64,000 bases of DNA from Opitutales bacterium. Lineage in GTDB: Bacteria; Verrucomicrobiota; Verrucomicrobiia; Opitutales; Seribacteraceae. A model generated the notes under the pieces. That model did no database searches. It was given only the letters and a program-made list of their open reading frames with translations, and was not told the DNA's origin. Of this stretch, positions 9,427-18,220 are shown in pieces. The number at the start of each line of letters is the position of its first letter. The first letter of the stretch is position 1. Both the position numbers and the translations under genes were made by a program. Where the stretch lies: assembly GCA_028101545.1 (NCBI GenBank), contig JAOHKZ010000007.1, positions 6,168 to 70,167 on the forward strand, written 5' to 3'.

Positions 9427-11609
9427 ACTTTAATAAATGGAGCCATAACCAAAGCCACCACGGACATTAATTTGAGTAAAATATTAAGGGATGGACCAGA
9501 GGTATCTTTGAGTGGATCACCAACAGTATCTCCAACTACTGTTGCCTTATGAACTTCAGTACCTTTGCCGTACTTTACACCACCCATTTCATATCCTTCT
9601 TCCACCATCTTTTTTGCATTGTCCCATGCTCCGCCAGCATTGGACTGGAAGAGTGCCATTAGGACACCAGAGGCGGTTACCCCGGCAAGTAGACCACCAA
9701 GCATAACTGCTCCTCCTCCGAAACCAATGGCAACGGGGGTGAGAATTGCGACCAATCCTGGTGCAACCATTTCTTTGATAGCTGATTGAGTTGAAATTTC
9801 GACGCATTTCCCATACTCAGCTGAATCAATAGCTTCATCAAATTTATTTCTCTCTTCTTCTGACCATTCATTAGAAGGTTTACCTTCATTTTTGTTCATA
9901 ATAACAAGAGCACTTTTTAAAGCGGGTATTTCTTTAAATTGCCTGCGAACTTCCTGAATCATTGCCATTGCTGCTCGCCCCACAGCACCCATCGCCAAGG
10001 CACTAAAAAGAAAGGGTAGCATTGAACCTATAAATAACCCCGCCATTACTTTTGGAGTGGATACATCGATTACATCAATACCAGCAGTCTCTTTAAAAGC
10101 AGCGAAAAGTGCCAATGCAGTAAGAGCAGCAGAACCGATGGCAAATCCTTTACCAATAGCAGCAGTTGTATTTCCCACTGCATCTAGTTTGTCAGTTCTT
10201 TGGCGAACTTCGCTTGGGAGTTCAGACATTTCTGCAATACCTCCAGCGTTATCTGAAATGGGTCCATATGCATCAACAGCCAACTGAATCCCGGTATTTG
10301 AGAGCATTCCTACAGCCGCAATTGCAATTCCGTAAAGCCCTGCCAATTCATAGGCACCAACCACTGCTGCCGCTAAAATTAGAATCGGAAAAGTGGTTGA
10401 AATCATACCAATGCCAAGTCCGGCAATGATATTGGTTGCACTTCCTGTTATAGATTGTTCCACAATTGACTTCACTGGTTTCGTATTTGTACCCGTGTAG
10501 TGTTCAGTAATTTTCCCGATTGCGAGTCCAGCAATTAATCCAATAATAATTGCAAAAAAGACCCCATTTGAAGAGTATTCAATACCTTCGTAATTCCATG
10601 TTTCAGGCATGAAATGATTTATCGCAATGTAAGAACATAGGATCATTGCTATTGAGGAAGCTAATTCACCTTGATTTAATGCTTTGTGTGGATCTCCACC
10701 GTCTTTAACCTTAACTAAAAATGTTCCAAGAATTGATGTGACAATTCCGATAGCTCCCAAAATTAAAGGAAGGAAAACAGGAGATAAGCCATTTAATTCA
10801 TCTTGAAAATTAGTTGCCCCTGCAACCATAGCTGCTCCTAAAATCATAGTACCAATAATAGAACCCACATAGGATTCAAACAGGTCAGCACCCATACCGG
10901 CAACATCGCCAACATTATCTCCCACATTATCCGCAATGGTTGCTGGATTTAAAGGGTGATCTTCGGGAATACCGGCTTCCACCTTTCCTACAAGGTCAGC
11001 TCCTACATCAGCGGCTTTGGTATAAATACCACCTCCAACTCGTGCAAACAAGGCAATCGATGATGCTCCAAAAGAAAATCCAGTCAAAACAGATAGGGTA
11101 GTGTTAAGAGCTTCTCCCCCTTCAAATCCATTAAATGCATCTGCAAAATAAGCGAACAAGCCTCCTAAACCAAGAATTCCTAAGCCAACTACGCCAAGTC
11201 CCATCACTGAACCTCCTGCGAAGGCAACCTCTAGTGCTTTTCCAAGGCTTTCCCGTGCTGCATTAGTGGTTCTAACATTTGCCTTTGTGGCAACCACCAT
11301 TCCAAGGTAGCCTGCGAGTGCAGAGCAGAAGGCTCCAACTACAAAAGAAATAGCAACAAAAGCATGACTATTTGGATTATTAGATCCACTCCACCCAAGA
11401 AGGACTGCGACAGCGATGACAAATACAAATAATATTTTATATTCGGCCTTCAAAAATGCCATTGCTCCTTCTTGAATACTGGCAGCAATTTTAGCCATTC
11501 TTGGCGTTCCCTCGGAATGGGCGTTAATTTGTTTAGTTTTCCACCATGTAAAAGCAAGTGCCAAAACACCAAAGGCGGGTATAATAAGAACAAGATTGTC
11601 TATATTCAT
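9423..11609 (-). CDS. hppA: Membrane-integral pyrophosphatase, K+-dependent type (probably Na+-translocating)
   Basis: [29 protein letters not shown] and [14 protein letters not shown] motifs; GNTTAA (Ala rather than Lys) marks K+ dependence. Confidence 0.95.
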   Translation of the reverse strand: MNIDNLVLIIPAFGVLALAFTWWKTKQINAHSEGTPRMAKIAASIQEGAMAFLKAEYKILFVFVIAVAVLLGWSGSNNPNSHAFVAISFVVGAFCSALAGYLGMVVATKANVRTTNAARESLGKALEVAFAGGSVMGLGVVGLGILGLGGLFAYFADAFNGFEGGEALNTTLSVLTGFSFGASSIALFARVGGGIYTKAADVGADLVGKVEAGIPEDHPLNPATIADNVGDNVGDVAGMGADLFESYVGSIIGTMILGAAMVAGATNFQDELNGLSPVFLPLILGAIGIVTSILGTFLVKVKDGGDPHKALNQGELASSIAMILCSYIAINHFMPETWNYEGIEYSSNGVFFAIIIGLIAGLAIGKITEHYTGTNTKPVKSIVEQSITGSATNIIAGLGIGMISTTFPILILAAAVVGAYELAGLYGIAIAAVGMLSNTGIQLAVDAYGPISDNAGGIAEMSELPSEVRQRTDKLDAVGNTTAAIGKGFAIGSAALTALALFAAFKETAGIDVIDVSTPKVMAGLFIGSMLPFLFSALAMGAVGRAAMAMIQEVRRQFKEIPALKSALVIMNKNEGKPSNEWSEEERNKFDEAIDSAEYGKCVEISTQSAIKEMVAPGLVAILTPVAIGFGGGAVMLGGLLAGVTASGVLMALFQSNAGGAWDNAKKMVEEGYEMGGVKYGKGTEVHKATVVGDTVGDPLKDTSGPSLNILLKLMSVVALVMAPFIKV

Positions 11610-11728
11610 ATAATAAATAAGGGAGGGATGTTAGTACCAAAATGGTAATTTTGACCTAAAACATAAATACAAACTTTTGACAATAACATTGTTTAAATGA
11701 GACCTTCAAACTTGCATTATTTTGTAAA

Positions 11729-12925
11729 ATGAACACCATACTATTTATGAATAATCTGCTGTCATTTCCTCTCTTTGCCATATTTTTACTTTTTGCATCC
11801 TGCCAAAATAGTTACCGACAGGATGTACCTGGTAGTCCTACCAAGCAAGGGATAGTCGGAGTCAGTGATGATGCCTATCAAGTAACTGCAGAGGAGTATG
11901 GCGATTTCTTCGAGTCGAGATATGGGTTACTTTACCAAAAGTTCAACGATCGCCCATTTACCGGTAGAATCTTAACCATAGAGAATGGAGAGGGTGGGGA
12001 TTATGTATCCGCAGATGAATCTTGGAAAGAAGGTAAAAAAGACGGAATTAGTTCAAGGTGGTTTTCAAATGGTGTAAAAATGTACGAGAGGAATTACAGC
12101 GAAGGTCGCTGGCATGGCACTGTTACAAGGTGGTGGCCAAACGGACAAAAGATGTATGTACGAGCATACACAAATGGAACAAGGCACGGCAAGGAAGCGA
12201 CTTGGCGTTCTGATGGTTCACCAATTCAATTATCCGATAAACCCTTTATTTCTCCTCCGAAAGTAAAACCTACTGAGACAAACCAATTTGCTCCTACTCC
12301 AAGTGAGATTGTCCCCTCGCCAAGTCCTATTGCGACGGATGAACCGCAAATTAGTCCCTCGCCTAGTGATCCAATTGATTCTTTTCCTCCACTTCCAGCA
12401 GTTGAGGCGGTTGCAACTCCCGATGCTGTACCTGTTGTTACAGAAGTACCTTCTTCAACTGACAGTTTTCCTTCTTTCCCTGACATCCCTACGGATGATG
12501 GTTTGCCGGCTCTTCCTAGTGCAGAAGCACCTTCCTCCGATGATTTGCCAGCTATTCCTGATGGTGGCGATCCGGGATTTCCTGAATTACCCGCCTCCAA
12601 TGACTCGCCTACAAATTCCCTGCCTGAATTTCCTCCAGCTGAAGACGGACTTCCTGCCCTTCCTGGTGTAGATTCGGTTGAAAGTGATCTTCCTGACTTT
12701 CCCGATTCTTCAACTGCAGAAGGGGACCTTCCTCCTTTACCTGGTTTCCCGGATGAAGGTGGCAATGACCTTCCTCCTCTACCTGGTCTTCCTGATGAAA
12801 GTGGTAATGACCTTCCTCCTCTACCGGGATTGCCTGGCGAAGATAGTAGTGGAGGCTTACCTCCCTTACCTGGGACTGATTCATTCGATGGTGGGTTACC
12901 TCCGCTTCCAGCATTTCCAGAATAA
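11729..12925 (+). CDS. Lipoprotein with MORN-variant (YwqK-like) repeats and an acidic Pro-rich tail; likely start 11747
   Basis: Lipobox FASC; repeats GKKDGISSRWFSNG / GRWHGTVTRWWPNG / GTRHGKEATWRSDG; C-terminal DLPPLPG repeats. Confidence 0.8.
   Translation: MNTILFMNNLLSFPLFAIFLLFASCQNSYRQDVPGSPTKQGIVGVSDDAYQVTAEEYGDFFESRYGLLYQKFNDRPFTGRILTIENGEGGDYVSADESWKEGKKDGISSRWFSNGVKMYERNYSEGRWHGTVTRWWPNGQKMYVRAYTNGTRHGKEATWRSDGSPIQLSDKPFISPPKVKPTETNQFAPTPSEIVPSPSPIATDEPQISPSPSDPIDSFPPLPAVEAVATPDAVPVVTEVPSSTDSFPSFPDIPTDDGLPALPSAEAPSSDDLPAIPDGGDPGFPELPASNDSPTNSLPEFPPAEDGLPALPGVDSVESDLPDFPDSSTAEGDLPPLPGFPDEGGNDLPPLPGLPDESGNDLPPLPGLPGEDSSGGLPPLPGTDSFDGGLPPLPAFPE
12725..12850 (+). repeat. Three imperfect 42-bp coding tandem repeats (DLPPLPGxPxxxxx)
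   Basis: Units start gaccttcctcct at 12725, 12767 and 12809. Confidence 0.85.
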
Positions 12926-12948
12926 TTTCAATTAAATTTACAAATCAA

Positions 12949-12964
12949 TGGCATTCGTTGTGCC
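12949..12964 (+). promoter_or_regulatory. Possible sigma54 -24/-12 promoter upstream of the Rieske/cytochrome b operon
   Basis: TGGCATTCGTTGTGCC has GG-N10-GC spacing; it is also a short inverted repeat (GGCA-N7-TGCC). Confidence 0.35.
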
Positions 12965-13096
12965 TGAAAGATATTTTTAATTGAGCCTAAACATTGTAAA
13001 TTATTACGAAAAATTCATGTGTGAATGTAGGAGAAGTTCTTTCAAAGTTTATACTTAAAAATTTATGTGTGATGTAAATTATGACACGAAAAGTTC

Positions 13097-13678
13097 ATGA
13101 CAGAAGAAAACAAAGCACCCTTCGATTCAAGTTCAGACAATTATAGCGAAGAGGGTCCTAGGAGGAAATTTATAGTTGTATCAACCTTGGCAGTTTCTGC
13201 AGTTTGTGGCGTTTTTCCTTTTGCTGCGGGTATAACCACTCTTTTAGATCCGGTTAAAAAAAGCGCGGGAAATAAAGAGAAAGTTCCATGGACCAAAGTA
13301 GCACCTTTAGTAAATCTTTCGGAAGATGGAAAACCTGCTAAATACGAGATTATTTTGGAAAAAGTTAAGGATGCTTGGACAACCTACAAGAATGTCCCTG
13401 CTGGAGCGGTTTATTTGAGTCGAAAGGGTGAAGAAGTAACCGCATTCAATCTAAAGTGCCCCCATTTGGGTTGCGCGGTTGACTATCGATCAAAATCCGA
13501 TGATTATTTTTGTCCCTGTCATAATAGTACATTTGGACTTGATGGTTCCGTCACCGATGCAAATAGTCCGAGTCCAAGAGGTTTGGATACAATGGATACC
13601 AAAGTTGAAGATGGATTTGTATGGATTCGCTTTCAACATTTTCGTCCAAATATTGTGGAAAAAATTCCTCTAGCATGA
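13097..13678 (+). CDS. Rieske 2Fe-2S subunit of a cytochrome bc complex
   Basis: Tat-like RRKF plus TM anchor; CPHLGC and CPCHNSTF boxes. Confidence 0.93.
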   Translation: MTEENKAPFDSSSDNYSEEGPRRKFIVVSTLAVSAVCGVFPFAAGITTLLDPVKKSAGNKEKVPWTKVAPLVNLSEDGKPAKYEIILEKVKDAWTTYKNVPAGAVYLSRKGEEVTAFNLKCPHLGCAVDYRSKSDDYFCPCHNSTFGLDGSVTDANSPSPRGLDTMDTKVEDGFVWIRFQHFRPNIVEKIPLA

Positions 13679-15411
13679 GTAAGTTTTTAGATTGGTTGGA
13701 CGATCGTTCAGGAATTCGAGGTCTAGTAAAAGAAGCACTTTACGAAAAAGTTCCAGGGGGAGCAAGGTGGCGTTATGTTTGGGGAAGTTGCTTAACTTTT
13801 GCTTTTTTTACTCAGGTTGTAACGGGTACGCTTTTATGGATGTCATATAGTCCGAGTGCCCAAACCGCTTGGGAAAGTGTTTATTTTATCCAGTATCAGG
13901 TTTGGGGAGGATGGTTCTTAAGGGGTGTTCACCATTACATGGCACAAGCAATGATTGTGTTGTTGGTTTTGCATTTAATGCAGGTAATGATCGATGGAGC
14001 GTATAAGGCACCCAGAGAGCTAAATTTTTGGTTCGGAATTGCCCTTTTGGGGGTAACGTTGGCTCTTTCACTTACCGGCTACCTCTTACCCTGGGATCAA
14101 AAAGGCTTTTGGGCCACCGCGGTTGCCACTAATCTTGTCGCCGAAGTTCCAATTATTGGTCCAATGCTACAAAAAATTGTAGTGGGGGGAGTTGAATATG
14201 GACATCAAACAATAACTCGTTTTTTTGCCCTCCATGCAGGTATTCTTCCTGCGGCATTAATTGCTCTTGTGGTAGGACATATTTACCTCTTCAGAAAACA
14301 TGGTATCCATGTTAAGGAACCCCGACCCAAGAGAGATTCCTATTTTTGGCCGGATCAAATTTTGAAGGACGGTGTTGCTTGTTTAGCAGTATTATTAGCG
14401 GTTGTTTTTCTCACTTTATATTTTAAGGGAGCACCTCTAGGACCACCAGCAGATCCCTCAAACGAGTTTCCAGCAAGGCCCGAGTGGTACTTTTTATTTC
14501 TATTTCAATTACTGAAATATGTTCCTGCATTTTGGGGAGCAGTTATCATTCCCTTGGTTTTTGGACTTCTAATTTTTCTTCAACCATTCATCGGGGCTTC
14601 TCGAAAAGGGCATCAATTTAATATAGGTTTTTGGTGGTGCCTTCTAGCGGGAGCTGCAGGACTTACATTTTTAGCTTTTTCGGAGGATAGGGAAAATATT
14701 AACCATGGTGCCGCTGTTCGTGAAGCTGAATGGCAAGCTGAAAGAGTTGTGCAAATTGCTCAGGAAGAAGGAATTCCTCCAACGGGTGCGGTTGCACTAC
14801 TGAGGAGTGATAGAGAAAATAGGGGGCGACGAATATTTTCTGCTCATTGTTCAAGTTGTCATCGATATAATGGGCATGATGGTAGGGGTTATCAAGTTGA
14901 GGATGATCAATCCGCACCTGAGTTAGCCGGCTTTGCTAGTGTTGATTGGACAACCAAACTTTTGAATTACGAACATTATGTATCTGCCGAATACTTTGGG
15001 GGAACTGCCTTCAAAGATGGAACTATGGCCAAAAAAGTCCTGAAAAAGTTTGATGAGGAGGAAAAAAAGTTACTTCCAGAAGTTGCCCTTCTTTTATCTG
15101 ATCTTGCTGAATTGCCTTATCAGGAATCTTTGGGAGAAGATAGAAAAGAAAAATTAATGGATATTTTTTACGATGATCTTGCCTGTATTGACTGTCACGA
15201 TATTGACTCTGAAGGTGAAGGTTCTGCACCTGATTTAACTGGTTATGGTTCAAAAAAATGGATGGTTGATTTCATCGTTAATCCTGAACATGAGAGATTT
15301 TACGGAAAGAAAAACGACCGAATGCCTGCCTATGGACGTGATAAGAAACTAAGTACTGAGGAAATCGAGATTGTGGTCGAGTGGATTAGATCGAGGCCTG
15401 CAGAAAATTAG
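13675..15411 (+). CDS. Cytochrome b fused to a C-terminal di-haem cytochrome c
   Basis: Likely start MSKFLDWLDDR at 13675, overlapping the Rieske stop. GYLLPWDQ, TRFFALH and PEWY motifs, then CSSCH and CIDCH. Confidence 0.92.
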   Translation: MSKFLDWLDDRSGIRGLVKEALYEKVPGGARWRYVWGSCLTFAFFTQVVTGTLLWMSYSPSAQTAWESVYFIQYQVWGGWFLRGVHHYMAQAMIVLLVLHLMQVMIDGAYKAPRELNFWFGIALLGVTLALSLTGYLLPWDQKGFWATAVATNLVAEVPIIGPMLQKIVVGGVEYGHQTITRFFALHAGILPAALIALVVGHIYLFRKHGIHVKEPRPKRDSYFWPDQILKDGVACLAVLLAVVFLTLYFKGAPLGPPADPSNEFPARPEWYFLFLFQLLKYVPAFWGAVIIPLVFGLLIFLQPFIGASRKGHQFNIGFWWCLLAGAAGLTFLAFSEDRENINHGAAVREAEWQAERVVQIAQEEGIPPTGAVALLRSDRENRGRRIFSAHCSSCHRYNGHDGRGYQVEDDQSAPELAGFASVDWTTKLLNYEHYVSAEYFGGTAFKDGTMAKKVLKKFDEEEKKLLPEVALLLSDLAELPYQESLGEDRKEKLMDIFYDDLACIDCHDIDSEGEGSAPDLTGYGSKKWMVDFIVNPEHERFYGKKNDRMPAYGRDKKLSTEEIEIVVEWIRSRPAEN

Positions 15412-15530
15412 CTTTTTTTTATTTAAATCTAATTTGTTAAATTTTTTTAAATTAAGTTAAAGATTGTTACACAGTATTTCTTTTGTTTGGTTTTTTATTT
15501 CTTTAATGTTATTAAAGATGACCTGAAATT

Positions 15531-16376
15531 GTGAATATCCTTATTAAAAAAGATAACCAAACATTTGGCCCTCATTCTCGCGATGAAATTCTCGAATTTA
15601 TCAAGAATGGCGAGTTGAGTGAGGAAGATTTGGCTTCACCTGAAGGTGATGAAAAGTGGGATACATTAGGATCAGTTCTTTCCCTTGAAGTGAGTGATAA
15701 AGACTCTTCAGTATATGATCAATTTGAAGACGATGAAGTTGATTACGAAAAATTAAAGGAATGGGAAGATGTTTTTGTTGATGAAGAGGAAGAAGAAAAT
15801 GATGATGATTTTCCGACTCAAAATTCATCATCATTGGTTTCCGATCCTGTTGAAGACTCTCAACCACCTTCTGCATATACACCAAAAGCTGTAACCCCTC
15901 CATTACCACCCCCTTTTGAGGAAGAATCTATAGTTTCTGAAGAATTAACAAATTCTATTTCACAGCAAACGAATGATGAAAGCTTTTCTGTAGAAACTGA
16001 AGAATATGTTCCACCACCTTCTCCTTCTTTGCCATTGCCACCGCCCCCTCAAGTTCCGCCTCCTCAAGTTCCGCCTTCCGGAGAGCATAAGGGCAAGGAA
16101 AAATCATTTTCTCGAAGCGGCAAGAATCGTATCTTAGGTTCCCATAACATCAAGGGTCTTAATAGAAAACAAACTGTAATTGTTGTGAAAGGGGAAGGCA
16201 TTCTGTCTAAAATCTATTCTACCTCATTACTTTTTATAATCCTTTTTATAGTAGTCGCTATATTAGGTTTTGTAGGATTGATTTTTGCTCCTGATAAGGT
16301 TTCTCCCATTTTAAGAAATATTGGAGTACCTTCAGATTTTATCCAATCTATTATCTCGCCAAAGGAAGATTCTTAA
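15531..16376 (+). CDS. GYF_2/DUF4339-like domain membrane protein with an acidic/Pro-rich linker
   Basis: N-terminal QTFGPHS...GELSEEDLA..EG...W; one C-terminal TM helix. Confidence 0.7.
   Translation: MNILIKKDNQTFGPHSRDEILEFIKNGELSEEDLASPEGDEKWDTLGSVLSLEVSDKDSSVYDQFEDDEVDYEKLKEWEDVFVDEEEEENDDDFPTQNSSSLVSDPVEDSQPPSAYTPKAVTPPLPPPFEEESIVSEELTNSISQQTNDESFSVETEEYVPPPSPSLPLPPPPQVPPPQVPPSGEHKGKEKSFSRSGKNRILGSHNIKGLNRKQTVIVVKGEGILSKIYSTSLLFIILFIVVAILGFVGLIFAPDKVSPILRNIGVPSDFIQSIISPKEDS
16047..16076 (+). repeat. Perfect 15-bp coding tandem duplication (PQVPP x2)
   Basis: cctcaagttccgcct occurs twice in tandem. Confidence 0.85.
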
Positions 16377-16386
16377 AAAACTTATA

Positions 16387-17376
16387 ATGAATGTATTTGT
16401 TTCAAGGGATGGTCAGACTTTTGGTCCTTATACCGTAGAACAGGCAACAGAATTTTTAAAGTTGGGTCAACTATTGGTCTCTGATTTTGCTCTTTATGAG
16501 GGAGAATCAGAATGGAAAACCTTAGGTAGCTTATTGGGTGTTACCGAGGAGTCGATTGTTAGTCCGGTTGGGCAAGTTCAGCAGTCTAAACAAAACACAC
16601 CATTAAGAAATTCAAAAGCAAATCCAACGGGTAGAAAGCAGCGGTCCAAGATAAAGATGAACCAAGCTCAATCTGCTGTAGTTGCAAAGCAGAAAGGTTT
16701 GGTTTCCCGTATCCTATCAACCATTATCGTTTTTTCTGTCACCTGTATTGTTGTTTGCGGAGGAATTGCCGGCCTGTATTTTGCTTTTCCTAGTAAAGTT
16801 GGTCCGATCATGAAAAAGTTTGGCTTTTTAACCAAGGAACCGGTTCACGAAATAACTAAAGAAACTTTGGTTGCAAAGGAAATCCCATCCAACCCATTAG
16901 AAATTACTTTGAACGATGAAGATTGGCAAAGGCTTCGTTCAACAAATGTTATTTTATTAGCTACGGATAAGGGTGACGGCTTTCGAGTTATTTCTCCCCC
17001 TGAAAAAAAACAGGGACTTAACGATAATGATCTGGAGGCATTAATCCCAATTTCATCGAAGATTTTGTCTCTTGACTTAACTTATGCAGAAATCACAGAT
17101 GGTGGAGTTTCGGTCCTTTCCAAATTCGAAAATTTGCAACGATTGTATCTTGAGGGAAACAAGGAGGTAACTGTTCAAGGCCTCGCCGAATTAAAAAATC
17201 TGAAAAACCTCACTTATCTAAACCTTGTTCGGATTGAGTTAAATGAGCAATTAGTAGATCTTTTAATTTCAATGGAAAATTTAAGGGAAATATATTTGTA
17301 TGAGACTGGCTTGAATGAGGATGCCATTTCTAGGCTTACTGAGGCTCGCCCTAAAGTTTTTGTAAATGGAGGTTAG
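16387..17376 (+). CDS. GYF_2-like domain + TM + leucine-rich-repeat protein
   Basis: Likely start MNVFVSRDGQTFGPY at 16387; TM helix; LRRs (LSLDLTYAEITDGG, LQRLYLEGN, LTYLNL, LREIYLYETGL). Confidence 0.75.
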   Translation: MNVFVSRDGQTFGPYTVEQATEFLKLGQLLVSDFALYEGESEWKTLGSLLGVTEESIVSPVGQVQQSKQNTPLRNSKANPTGRKQRSKIKMNQAQSAVVAKQKGLVSRILSTIIVFSVTCIVVCGGIAGLYFAFPSKVGPIMKKFGFLTKEPVHEITKETLVAKEIPSNPLEITLNDEDWQRLRSTNVILLATDKGDGFRVISPPEKKQGLNDNDLEALIPISSKILSLDLTYAEITDGGVSVLSKFENLQRLYLEGNKEVTVQGLAELKNLKNLTYLNLVRIELNEQLVDLLISMENLREIYLYETGLNEDAISRLTEARPKVFVNGG

Positions 17377-18026
17377 GCTTTATTGGTCACTACTTTTGTT
17401 TTTCTTGTTGGAAACATAGCTTTACAAATTGGACATTCCAGCCCAAAACAATTTCTGGCTTGGCAATATTCTCGTCCATAGAAAATGATCTGAAGATGTA
17501 TTTCATTCCATCTGTTTTTCGGAAAAAGTTTTTTTAAATCTCTCTCTGTTTGGGTCACACTTCTACCACTTGTTAATTTCCATCTTTGTGCGAGACGGTG
17601 AATATGTGTATCGACTGGAAAGGATGGATGCCCAAAAGACTGAGCCATTACCACGGACGCTGTTTTGTGACCAACCCCTGGGAGTTCTTCAAGTTCTTCA
17701 AAGGTTTGAGGCACTTGACCACGGTGTTTTTGTAATAGAATTAAAGAGAGTCCATGGATGGCTTTAGCTTTTCGAGGTGCTAGACCACACGGTCTGACTA
17801 TTGAATTTATTTCATCAACAGAAAGTTTTGACATACTGAGTGGGTCAGAAGCTAGTTTGAAAAGCCCAGGGGTGATTTTATTTACACGTGCATCTGTACA
17901 CTGTGCTGAGAGTAAAACTGCAATCAATAAAGTATAGGAATTTGTGTGATCCAAGGGAATTGGTGGATTGGGATATAGATTGGCCAATTTACGATCGATA
18001 AGTTCAGCTCTCTCTCTGATTTTCAT
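17373..18026 (-). CDS. nth: Endonuclease III
   Basis: LLSAQCTD, HhH LPGVGHKTA, VDTHIHR and a C-terminal Cys cluster. Confidence 0.95.
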   Translation of the reverse strand: MKIRERAELIDRKLANLYPNPPIPLDHTNSYTLLIAVLLSAQCTDARVNKITPGLFKLASDPLSMSKLSVDEINSIVRPCGLAPRKAKAIHGLSLILLQKHRGQVPQTFEELEELPGVGHKTASVVMAQSFGHPSFPVDTHIHRLAQRWKLTSGRSVTQTERDLKKLFPKNRWNEIHLQIIFYGREYCQARNCFGLECPICKAMFPTRKTKVVTNKA

Positions 18027-18064
18027 TCATTCAGTATGAAAAAATTATCTTTAAAGACAATCGA

Positions 18065-18083
18065 ACATATTGTGACAATATGT
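18065..18083. promoter_or_regulatory. 9-bp perfect inverted repeat between nth and clpB (candidate operator/enhancer)
   Basis: ACATATTGT-G-ACAATATGT. Confidence 0.6.
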
Positions 18084-18193
18084 CCCTATTTTTGTTGTTT
18101 TAGTTCTACAACGTCCCGTATTTCCATTTGATTATAAAGAGGATATTCCCATAAATCCTTGATTTTATGATTGAATGAAGCCTGTTAACGAAT

Positions 18194-18209
18194 CGGAACG
18201 CAACTTGCA
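18194..18209 (+). promoter_or_regulatory. Candidate sigma54 -24/-12 promoter of clpB
   Basis: CGGAACGCAACTTGCA versus consensus TGGCACG-N4-TTGCW; GG at 18195-96, GC at 18207-08. Confidence 0.6.
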
Positions 18210-18220
18210 CAACAACAACC

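Noticed and set aside
11729-12230. Toxin-antitoxin system suggested by YwqK-like repeats
   Set aside because: No neighbouring toxin; MORN-variant repeats are generic and this protein is a lipoprotein.
12226-12935. Several overlapping alternative-frame and antisense ORFs over the Pro-rich tail
   Set aside because: By-product of low-complexity repeats lacking stop codons; no independent coding signal.
13621-13674. ORF-track N-terminal extension of cytochrome b
   Set aside because: Lies inside the Rieske gene; ATG at 13675 overlapping the Rieske stop gives a normal N-terminus.
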